Shown here piece after piece: positions 18,968-26,696 of a stretch of 63,798 nucleotides of DNA. The position numbers and the translations under genes were made by a program. Each line of letters opens with the position of its first letter. The stretch's first letter is position 1. The notes beneath the pieces were generated by a model that was not told where the DNA came from, did no database searches, and saw only the letters and a list, made by a program, of their open reading frames with translations. This stretch comes from an uncultured Desulfobacteraceae bacterium (GTDB lineage Bacteria > Desulfobacterota > DSM-4660 > Desulfatiglandales > Desulfatiglandaceae): contig CAYSFQ010000001.1 of NCBI GenBank assembly GCA_964430575.1, positions 1 through 63,798 on the forward strand, read 5' to 3'.

Positions 18968-19017
18968 GCCATAAATCCATCTTTTCCAACGAAATGAAGG
19001 GTCTGAGGAGATCAATT

Positions 19018-20160
19018 ATGGACTTCGGTTTTTCGGAAGAGCAGCGGATGTTCGCCAACGAGGTGAAGCGATTTGCCGCCAAAGAGATTGTGCCGCGCTG
19101 TGGGGAGCATGATTTGGCGGCCAGGTTTGACCGGGAGTCTTTCAGAAAACTGGGAGATTTCGGCATCCTGGGGCTGCACTTTCCGGAAAAATACGGCGGC
19201 TCAAATGCTGACGTGGTGACCACCACTCTGGCCGGATACGCGCTTGGGGCGGCCGGGATAGATGGCGGACTGACCCTCTCCTACGGGGCCCACAGCTTCC
19301 TGTGTGCAGACACCATTCTTGTACACGGCAGCGAAGCGCAACGCCGGAAGTACATACCCAAACTGGCCGGCGGCGAATGGGTGGGGGCCATGGGGCTTAC
19401 TGAACCCGGTGCCGGCTCGGACGCGGCGGCTTTGCGCACCACGGCCAAGAAAACCGGCAGCGGCTGGGTGCTGAATGGATCAAAAATGTTCATCACCAAT
19501 GGCCCGGTGGCGGATGTGGCCTTGGTCTACGCCCGAACAGACGCAAAAGACCGGCACGGGGGGGTGTCGGCGTTTGTTATTGAAAAGGGCACGCCGGGCT
19601 TTTCCAGTGGAAAACCTCTCACCAAGATGGGCGTGAAAGCCTCGCCCACCAGCGAACTTTTTTTTGACGATTGCGAAATTCCGGCAGAGAACCTGGTGGG
19701 GCAACAGGGCAAGGGCTTTGATATGGCCTTGCAGACCGTGGAGTGGGACAGAAGCGCGCTTCTGGCCCCCATGGTGGGGGGTATGGAATACGTCCTGGCT
19801 AAAAGCGCCCGGTACGCCAAAGAGCGGGAGCAGTTCGGCCGGCCCATCGCCAAATTTCAGGCCACCAAGCGCAAGCTGGCGGAAATGAAGATTTACCTGG
19901 AAGCCGCCAAAGGGCTCATCTTCCGGGTGGCCTGGTGTAAGGACCAGGGCCGGTCTCTGAATCTCTTACAGGCGGCAGTGGCCAAGCTGTTCGTGGGGGA
20001 CTGGTCTTTGGCGCCTTCAAATGATGCAATGCTTTTATTTGGGGGCTATGGTTTTTGCCACGAATACGAGGTGGAACGCTTTTTCCGTGATTGCCGCCTG
20101 GCGCCCGTCGGCGGCGGCACCTCGGATATCCAGAAAATGATCATCTCAAAGATGCTGTAA
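19018..20160 (+). CDS. Acyl-CoA dehydrogenase (isovaleryl-CoA dehydrogenase-like), putative alpha subunit
   Basis: SYGAHS, MGLTEPGAGSDA, NGSKMFITNGP, REQFGRPI, FGGYGF, GGGTSDIQK. ATG at 19018 after GAGGAG. Confidence 0.9.
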   Translation: MDFGFSEEQRMFANEVKRFAAKEIVPRCGEHDLAARFDRESFRKLGDFGILGLHFPEKYGGSNADVVTTTLAGYALGAAGIDGGLTLSYGAHSFLCADTILVHGSEAQRRKYIPKLAGGEWVGAMGLTEPGAGSDAAALRTTAKKTGSGWVLNGSKMFITNGPVADVALVYARTDAKDRHGGVSAFVIEKGTPGFSSGKPLTKMGVKASPTSELFFDDCEIPAENLVGQQGKGFDMALQTVEWDRSALLAPMVGGMEYVLAKSARYAKEREQFGRPIAKFQATKRKLAEMKIYLEAAKGLIFRVAWCKDQGRSLNLLQAAVAKLFVGDWSLAPSNDAMLLFGGYGFCHEYEVERFFRDCRLAPVGGGTSDIQKMIISKML

Positions 20161-20174
20161 GGGGGACCGGGATT

Positions 20175-21323
20175 ATGAATTTTGATTTGAGCCCCGCAGG
20201 GCAGGAAATGGTGCAGTTGGTGAAGGGCGTGCTGCCGGAATCCGATGTCTCCTTTGCCCATACGAAGGGGACGTTTGTTGCCGATTCCATGGAGGAACTC
20301 CTGGACCTTGCAAAAAGGCTGGCCGGCGTCGGTTATCTGCATGCCGCCGATTATCTGCATGCCGATCCGGGTTCCGCCAAAGGGGGCCCACTGGGTTTGG
20401 CCGCCGCAGGGGCCATGCTGGCAACCTTTTCGCCGGAAGCTTTTCTGGCCCTTGAATTCAGCAGTCGCGTGGTGGGCGTTGTGTTGGCAGGGTTTGGAAG
20501 CCATCAGGTTCAAACGGATTTGCTGAAACAAATGGAAAGCGGGGAACTGCTGGCCGCTACGACGTTAAACGTTGCGGGCCTGGGCGAGGGCGCTGAAATT
20601 CCCGCCGTCACCGCCCAAAAAATGGAACAGGGCTGGCGTGCCGATGGAGAAGCCGATCTGGTGGTGAACGGGCCGCTGGCGGGCCTTTTGGCCTTGCCCG
20701 CCCAAGCTGGTGAAGAATGGGTCTGGCTGCTCCTGGATCCGACCTGGCCGGGCTTTACGCTTGGCCCCCGCCTGGAAACCGCGTCCCTTAACGGGCTGGC
20801 GATTTGTTCCGTTACCCTGCGGGATGTAGAGGTTCCATTTGAAAGGGTCATCGGGCCTTTTCCCGAACAGGACATCCTGGGCCGGGCGGCCCAAATGCAA
20901 ACCCGGGCCTTTACCATCTGTGCCCTGGGGCTGATGCGGCGCAGTTTCAAATGGGCTGTGGCGGGCGCCAAGGAACCTGGTGCTTCCGGTCGGCCGCTGA
21001 TCGCCCAGCAAGACATAGCCTTCAAGTTGGCCGAAATGCACACCCTCTCCGACACCGCCCGCCTGCTGGCCTATCGGGCTCTCTGGGCAGCGGAAAACGA
21101 GGCGCCTGATGCGTCCATGCTGGCTGACTGTGCCAGGGTTTTCTGCTGTGAGGCGGCTGAGACTGTGGCCAGCCAAGCCCTGCAGCTGCTGGGGGCCAAG
21201 GGGTTTATGGCCGGAAACCCGGCGGAAGAGAGCTACCGTGCGGCCAAGTTCCTCACCTCGTGCGGTGGATCCAGCGAAGCGGTGCGCATGAATATCGGCG
21301 ATCGCGTTTTGGCGACTTATTGA
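20175..21323 (+). CDS. Divergent acyl-CoA dehydrogenase family protein, putative non-catalytic partner subunit
   Basis: Retains GRPL..QQDIAFKLAEM, LQLLGAKG and GGSSE. Lacks TEPxxGSD and KxFITN. Confidence 0.82.
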   Translation: MNFDLSPAGQEMVQLVKGVLPESDVSFAHTKGTFVADSMEELLDLAKRLAGVGYLHAADYLHADPGSAKGGPLGLAAAGAMLATFSPEAFLALEFSSRVVGVVLAGFGSHQVQTDLLKQMESGELLAATTLNVAGLGEGAEIPAVTAQKMEQGWRADGEADLVVNGPLAGLLALPAQAGEEWVWLLLDPTWPGFTLGPRLETASLNGLAICSVTLRDVEVPFERVIGPFPEQDILGRAAQMQTRAFTICALGLMRRSFKWAVAGAKEPGASGRPLIAQQDIAFKLAEMHTLSDTARLLAYRALWAAENEAPDASMLADCARVFCCEAAETVASQALQLLGAKGFMAGNPAEESYRAAKFLTSCGGSSEAVRMNIGDRVLATY

Positions 21324-21335
21324 GGGGGCCGAAAA

Positions 21336-22952
21336 ATGGAAATCATCGAGAGCAGCATCAACACTAATTCCGCCGAATTCAAGGAGAGGGATGCCCATTT
21401 TCGGGGCCTGGTCGCACACCTTGAACAGGAGATGCAAATTGCCCGCAAGAAGCGGTCCGAGAAAGCCCTGGCCCGGAACAAACAACAGAAGAAGCTCACC
21501 GTGACGGAACGGCTGGATCTTCTCCTGGACGGGAACTCGCCTTTTCTGGCGTTGTCCCCCCTTGCGGCACGCGGCATGTACGACGGTAATGTGCATGGGG
21601 CGGGGGTTGTGGCGGGCATCGGCATGGTGGCCGGCCGGGAGGTGGTGATATACGCCAACGACCAGCTCATCAAAGGCGGCACCATATATCCCATGGGGGT
21701 GAAGAAGGGGTTGCGGACCCAGCAGGTAGCCATGGAGAACCGGTTGCCCATCATCTATCTGGTGGATTCCGGCGGCGCTTTCCTGCCCCTGCAATCCGAG
21801 ATATTCCCGGACGTGGACGACGGCGGGCGCATCTTTTACAACCAGGCAATGATTTCCAAGATGGGCATCCCCCAGGTGTGCGGGGTCTTGGGTTTGTGCA
21901 CCGCCGGCGGGGCGTATATCCCGGCCATGAGCGACGATGTGGTGCAGGTGTCCGGCACCGGGGCCATCTTTTTAGGCGGCCCCCCCCTGGTCAAGGCGGC
22001 CACCGGCGAGGAAGTGAGCGCCGAGGCGTTGGGCGGGGCCGGTCTGCATTGCAGCGAAAGCGGCGTATCGGACTACATGGCCGAGGACGATGCCCACTGC
22101 ATGGCGTTGATCCGTAATATCGTGGCCAACCTGCCGCCGAACAAAAAAGCCGATATCGGGATGCAGCCTCCTAAACCACCGCTTTACGATCCGCAGGAAA
22201 TCTACGGCATTGTGCCGAAGCGGCTCTCCACCCCTTACGATGTGCGGGAAGTGATCGCCCGCGTGGTGGACGGCAGTGAGTTCCTGGAATTCAAGCAGCA
22301 ATACGGTCCCACCCTGGTGACCGGCTGGGCCCGCATTCACGGCTACCCGGTAGGCATCCTCGGCAACAACGGGGTGCTGTTCTCCGAGAGCGCTTTGAAG
22401 GCTACCCAATTTATCCAGCTCTGCGACAAGCGGGAAATTCCCCTGGTGTTTTTGCAGAACATCAGCGGTTACATCATCGGCAGCGAATACGAGCGGGGCG
22501 GCATTACCAAGGACGGCCAGAAGATGGTCAACGCGGTAGCCACTGCAAGCGTTCCCAAATTCACGGTGATCATCGGGGCCAGCTTCGGGGCGGGCAACTA
22601 CGGCATGTGCGGCAGAGCCTACGCCCCCCGATTCCTCTGGATGTGGCCCAATGCTCAGATCGGGGTAATGGGCGGCGAGCAGGCGGCGGACGTTCTGGTG
22701 ACCGTAAAGAACGACCAGTTGGCCCGGGAGGGCAAACAGGCTTTGTCCCCTGAGGAAGCGGCGGCCATGAAAGCGCCGATCATCGAGCACGCGGAGAAAG
22801 AAGGCAATGCCTATTACAGCACGGCCAACATGTGGGACGACGGCATCATTGATCCGGCCAAAACCCGCGACGTCCTGGGGCTGGCCATCTCCGCTTCCCT
22901 GAACGCACCTATCCGGGATGATCGGCTGGGTTACGGCACCTTTAGAATGTAA
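21336..22952 (+). CDS. Methylcrotonyl/geranyl-CoA carboxylase-type carboxyltransferase (beta) subunit
   Basis: [70 protein letters not shown] end. Confidence 0.93.
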   Translation: MEIIESSINTNSAEFKERDAHFRGLVAHLEQEMQIARKKRSEKALARNKQQKKLTVTERLDLLLDGNSPFLALSPLAARGMYDGNVHGAGVVAGIGMVAGREVVIYANDQLIKGGTIYPMGVKKGLRTQQVAMENRLPIIYLVDSGGAFLPLQSEIFPDVDDGGRIFYNQAMISKMGIPQVCGVLGLCTAGGAYIPAMSDDVVQVSGTGAIFLGGPPLVKAATGEEVSAEALGGAGLHCSESGVSDYMAEDDAHCMALIRNIVANLPPNKKADIGMQPPKPPLYDPQEIYGIVPKRLSTPYDVREVIARVVDGSEFLEFKQQYGPTLVTGWARIHGYPVGILGNNGVLFSESALKATQFIQLCDKREIPLVFLQNISGYIIGSEYERGGITKDGQKMVNAVATASVPKFTVIIGASFGAGNYGMCGRAYAPRFLWMWPNAQIGVMGGEQAADVLVTVKNDQLAREGKQALSPEEAAAMKAPIIEHAEKEGNAYYSTANMWDDGIIDPAKTRDVLGLAISASLNAPIRDDRLGYGTFRM

Positions 22953-22995
22953 AGGCAGAATGTAAAGGCAGAATGTAAAGGTCGAATGTAAGGGT
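22944..22995 (+). repeat. 13-bp tandem repeat (AGAATGTAAAGGC x2 plus two variant copies)
   Basis: AGAATGTAAAGGC AGAATGTAAAGGC AGAATGTAAAGGT CGAATGTAAGGGT; a fifth, very degenerate unit follows. Confidence 0.9.
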
Positions 22996-23014
22996 CTGAT
23001 GTGAGGAAACAACC

Positions 23015-24499
23015 ATGTTCAAAAAGGTTCTAATCGCCAATCGGGGCGAGATCGCCCGGCGCATCATGCGCACCGCACGGGAAATGGGCATTCAGACCGT
23101 GGCGGTGTACTCAGAGGCCGATCACCTGGCTCCCCATGTGATCGAGGCCGATCAAGCTGTGTCCATCGGTCCGGCAGACCCCACCGAAAGTTACCTGGAT
23201 ATCCATAAAATCATCGCCGCCGCTGAAGAAACCGGCGCCCAAGCCATACATCCGGGCTACGGCTTCCTGGCTGAGAACCCGGCCCTGCCGGAAGCCTGTG
23301 AAGCAGCTGGCATCACCTTCATCGGTCCACCCGCCGGGGTGATCCGTAACCTGGGCGAGAAAACCAAAGCACGGCGCATCATGCAGGCCGCAGGGGCGCC
23401 TTTGATACCGGGCATGCTGACATCCTGCTCTGAACCCGGTGAGCTGGCCGACCAGGCTGATGAGATCGGATACCCGGTGATGGTGAAGGCCGCTGGGGGC
23501 GGGGGCGGCAAGGGCATGCGGGTGGTGGAAAATGCCACGAGCTTGGCCGAAGCCTGCCGGCAGGCCATGAGTGAGGCAGGAGCGGCATTCGGCGACCCTT
23601 CCATCTATCTGGAAAAACACCTCTCCGGCATCCGCCACGTGGAGGTGCAGGTGCTGGCCGATGACCAGGGCAACACGGTGCACCTGTACGAGCGGGAATG
23701 CTCTATCCAGCGTCGGCGCCAGAAAATCATCGAGGAAACCCCTTCTCTGGCCTTGACCCCGGAACTTCGCCGGGCCATGGGCCAGGCTGCGGTAACCATT
23801 GCCAGGGCTGCGGGCTACGTAAACGCGGGTACGGTGGAGTTCCTGCTGGATTCGGAAAACAATTTCTATTTTCTGGAAGTGAACACCCGCCTGCAAGTGG
23901 AGCACGCTGTTACCGAGTGTGTTTGCGGCCTGGACCTTGTTCGCCGGCAGATTCTTATCGCCGGCGGCCATCCGTTGCCCTTTCAACAGGAGGATATCGG
24001 GCAACGGGGGCACGCCATCCAGTGCCGCATCTACGCCGAAAACCCGGCGGCCGGATTTGCGCCCTCACCCGGGGCCATAGGGGTTTACCGGGAACCCACG
24101 GGGCCCGGGGTGCGGGTGGACAGCGGGGTGTACCAGGGAATCCATGTCCCCATGGAGTACGACCCCATTCTGGCCAGGCTGGTCGTCTGGGGTGAAGACC
24201 GGGAGGCAGCCAGAATGCGAATGATCACGGCCCTGAGCAACTATCCGATCCTGGGGGTGGAGACCAACATCGCCTATCTGAAAGAGATTATGGCCCACCC
24301 CGCTTTTGCCTCAGGCGAAACCCATACCGATTTTCTGGACCGTCACTTTGCCGAATGGCAACATACCTTTGACAACACAGATTTGGCCTGCCTGGCCTAT
24401 GTGGCCCATGAAACCACCGCATCCGCTGTATCCACCGGCGCAACAAATCAGCCCGTGCCGGCCACACCCTGGCAGGCCCTGGGCAACTGGCGCATGTAG
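23015..24499 (+). CDS. Biotin carboxylase subunit of acyl-CoA carboxylase
   Basis: LIANRGEIA, HPGYGFLAEN, GGGGKGMR, ERECSIQRR, EVNTRLQVEH, RVDSG. Confidence 0.94.
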   Translation: MFKKVLIANRGEIARRIMRTAREMGIQTVAVYSEADHLAPHVIEADQAVSIGPADPTESYLDIHKIIAAAEETGAQAIHPGYGFLAENPALPEACEAAGITFIGPPAGVIRNLGEKTKARRIMQAAGAPLIPGMLTSCSEPGELADQADEIGYPVMVKAAGGGGGKGMRVVENATSLAEACRQAMSEAGAAFGDPSIYLEKHLSGIRHVEVQVLADDQGNTVHLYERECSIQRRRQKIIEETPSLALTPELRRAMGQAAVTIARAAGYVNAGTVEFLLDSENNFYFLEVNTRLQVEHAVTECVCGLDLVRRQILIAGGHPLPFQQEDIGQRGHAIQCRIYAENPAAGFAPSPGAIGVYREPTGPGVRVDSGVYQGIHVPMEYDPILARLVVWGEDREAARMRMITALSNYPILGVETNIAYLKEIMAHPAFASGETHTDFLDRHFAEWQHTFDNTDLACLAYVAHETTASAVSTGATNQPVPATPWQALGNWRM

Positions 24500-24510
24500 G
24501 AGAAACTACC

Positions 24511-25029
24511 ATGACAACGACCCATCATTTGGAAACGGGCAGCGAAAAACTGGAACTGACGGCGGACCTGGCAGGGGACGGTGGCACGGCCTCCTTGAAC
24601 GGCCGGGCGCGCCAAATATCGTTTCAATCATTGCAGCCGGGCTGGATGCGGCTGGAAGTCGATCAGCAGATCAATCAGGTTTATATACTTGATACTCCGG
24701 CCGGCAAACAGGTATTCATCAACGGCCAAACCTGTCTGGTAACCGATGGCAAACGCATTCCCGGACGCAGGCGATCCACCGGCGGGGGCGGGGGGCCGGG
24801 TATTGTTACGCCGCCCATGCCGGCCAAGGTGGTGCGCATAATGGTCCAGATGGGCGAGCACGTGGAAAAGGGGCAGGGGCTGATGGTTGTCTCCGCCATG
24901 AAAATGGAGGCCACTCTGGCTGCGCCCCATGCGGGTACAATCATCAACATCCATACGGAGTTGGATGATAAGGTGATGCCTGGCCAGGAACTGATTGAGA
25001 TTTCCAGGGAGGAAAATGATGACCCGTGA
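24511..25029 (+). CDS. Biotin carboxyl carrier protein with N-terminal BT-like domain
   Basis: PPMPAKV and SAMKME biotinylation motif; Gly-rich linker. Confidence 0.9.
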   Translation: MTTTHHLETGSEKLELTADLAGDGGTASLNGRARQISFQSLQPGWMRLEVDQQINQVYILDTPAGKQVFINGQTCLVTDGKRIPGRRRSTGGGGGPGIVTPPMPAKVVRIMVQMGEHVEKGQGLMVVSAMKMEATLAAPHAGTIINIHTELDDKVMPGQELIEISREENDDP

Positions 25030-25792
25030 GCTTCTTTACAAGGTGGCCGATGGCGTTTGCTTCATAACCCTCAACCGCCCGGAGCGGGGCAATGCCCTCA
25101 CCCGGGAAATGCTCACGGGGTTGCATGAATGTTTCGGCAAAGCTTGCGAGGACAGAGAGGTACGAGTGGTGTGCCTGTCGGGATCGGGAAAAAAAGCTTT
25201 TTGTGCAGGCGGCGATCTGGGCAGTGTGGTATCCGGGGCCGAAAACCCGTCAGGCCCCCGACTCTACGCTGACCTCTTGAAACTGATGCCCGCTTTCCCC
25301 AAGCCCATTGTGGCTGCGGTTGGCGCGCCCTGCCTGGCCGGTGGCCTGGGGCTGATGCTGGCCTGCGACATTGTGCTGGCCAAACAGGGGGTGTTTTTCC
25401 AGGCCCCGGAAGTGAATGTGGGCATCTTCCCCTATATGGTGGGGGCCCTGCTTCACCACGATGTCAGCTGGAAACAGGCCATGGACCTGGTGTTGACCGC
25501 CCGCCGGGTGAGCGGTGAGGAAGCCCTGGCCATGGGGCTGGTGAGCCGCCTGATCCATGAATCCGCCTTTGAAAACCAGGTAAAACAAGTACTGACGGGC
25601 CTGGCCGCCAAAAGCCCCATCGGCATGCGATTGGGTAAGGAAGGCTTCTTTGCCATGCGCGATGCTTCCGGCTATGCCGAGGCCCTGGACCTTTTGTGCG
25701 AGGCCCTGGGAAAAGCGGTGCAGACCGAAGACGCCAGGGAAGGCATGACCGCATTCATGGAAAAGCGAAGGCCGGTGTTTAAAGGGCGTTAA
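25016..25792 (+). CDS. Enoyl-CoA hydratase, methylglutaconyl-CoA hydratase (LiuC/AtuE)-like
   Basis: LNRPERGNAL, FCAGGDL, GGLGLMLACD (no first Glu), PEVNVG (second Glu). Follows the carboxylase genes. Confidence 0.85.
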   Translation: MMTRELLYKVADGVCFITLNRPERGNALTREMLTGLHECFGKACEDREVRVVCLSGSGKKAFCAGGDLGSVVSGAENPSGPRLYADLLKLMPAFPKPIVAAVGAPCLAGGLGLMLACDIVLAKQGVFFQAPEVNVGIFPYMVGALLHHDVSWKQAMDLVLTARRVSGEEALAMGLVSRLIHESAFENQVKQVLTGLAAKSPIGMRLGKEGFFAMRDASGYAEALDLLCEALGKAVQTEDAREGMTAFMEKRRPVFKGR

Positions 25793-25808
25793 ATCTAAGG
25801 AGCAGACC

Positions 25809-26696
25809 ATGGGATCGTTTTGGGTATCGGAAAATTATGATTTTGAGCGCAGCTGCATGATCACCTGCGCATTGAGCGGGGTCGTGGCCAACCGGGAACA
25901 GTGCCCGGCAATCCCCTACAGCCCGGAAGAATACGCGGCTGAGGCCAGACGGGCTTATGAAGCAGGAGCGGCGGCGGTGCATATCCACGCCAGAAAACCG
26001 GATGGCGGCCCCAGCTACGAGGTGGCCGATTACCGCAACATCTACGAGGCGGTGACCGCGGCCTGCCCTGTCATCATCAACTTTTCAACCGGCGCGGTGG
26101 GGGTGTCCCTGGAGAAAAAAATAGCCCCGGTCACGGAGATAAAGCCGGCGATCGCGGCATTGAACATGGGATCCATGAACTACGCCAAATACCACCCCAA
26201 AAAGAAGGAGTTTGTATTTGATTTCGTTTTCCAGAACCCTTTCTCCGAAATTGTTCCCCTGGTCAAAGCCATGCAGGAAGCCGGGGTGAAGCCCGAGATG
26301 GAGTGCTTCGACTCCGGACATGTGGGGAACATCTTTCCCCTGTTGGACATGGGGTTTCTGGACCCGCCTTACCAGGTGAGCCTGGTCATGGGGGTGCAGG
26401 GCGGTATGCCGCCCACGGCCCAGAACCTGGTCCACCAGGTACGGATTCTGCCGCCGAACAGTGATTGGGAGGTGATCGGTATCAGCCTGGACCAATGGCG
26501 GATGGTGGCGGCAGCCATCTCCCTGGGGGGCAACGTGCGGGTGGGCCTGGAGGACAATTTCTACCTGGAGAAGGGCCATATGGCCAAATCCAACGGTGAA
26601 CTGGTGGAAAAGGCAGCCCGTATGATCCGCGACCAGGGCCGTGAGGTGGCCACGGTGAAAGAATGCCGCCGGCGTTTGGGGCTTAAACACGTTTAG
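25809..26696 (+). CDS. Beta-keto acid cleavage enzyme (BKACE / Kce / DUF849 family)
   Basis: ITCALSG, AGAAAVHIHAR (Zn HxH), NFSTG, LNMGSMN, KPEMECFD, RVGLEDN, SNGELV. Confidence 0.92.
   Translation: MGSFWVSENYDFERSCMITCALSGVVANREQCPAIPYSPEEYAAEARRAYEAGAAAVHIHARKPDGGPSYEVADYRNIYEAVTAACPVIINFSTGAVGVSLEKKIAPVTEIKPAIAALNMGSMNYAKYHPKKKEFVFDFVFQNPFSEIVPLVKAMQEAGVKPEMECFDSGHVGNIFPLLDMGFLDPPYQVSLVMGVQGGMPPTAQNLVHQVRILPPNSDWEVIGISLDQWRMVAAAISLGGNVRVGLEDNFYLEKGHMAKSNGELVEKAARMIRDQGREVATVKECRRRLGLKHV

Noticed and set aside
22944-22995. Repeat considered as a mini-CRISPR
   Set aside because: 13-bp contiguous units, no spacers, no cas genes.
20565-24013. Long minus-strand ORFs (409, 346 and 300 aa)
   Set aside because: Antisense shadows of GC-rich, codon-biased ACAD and carboxylase genes.
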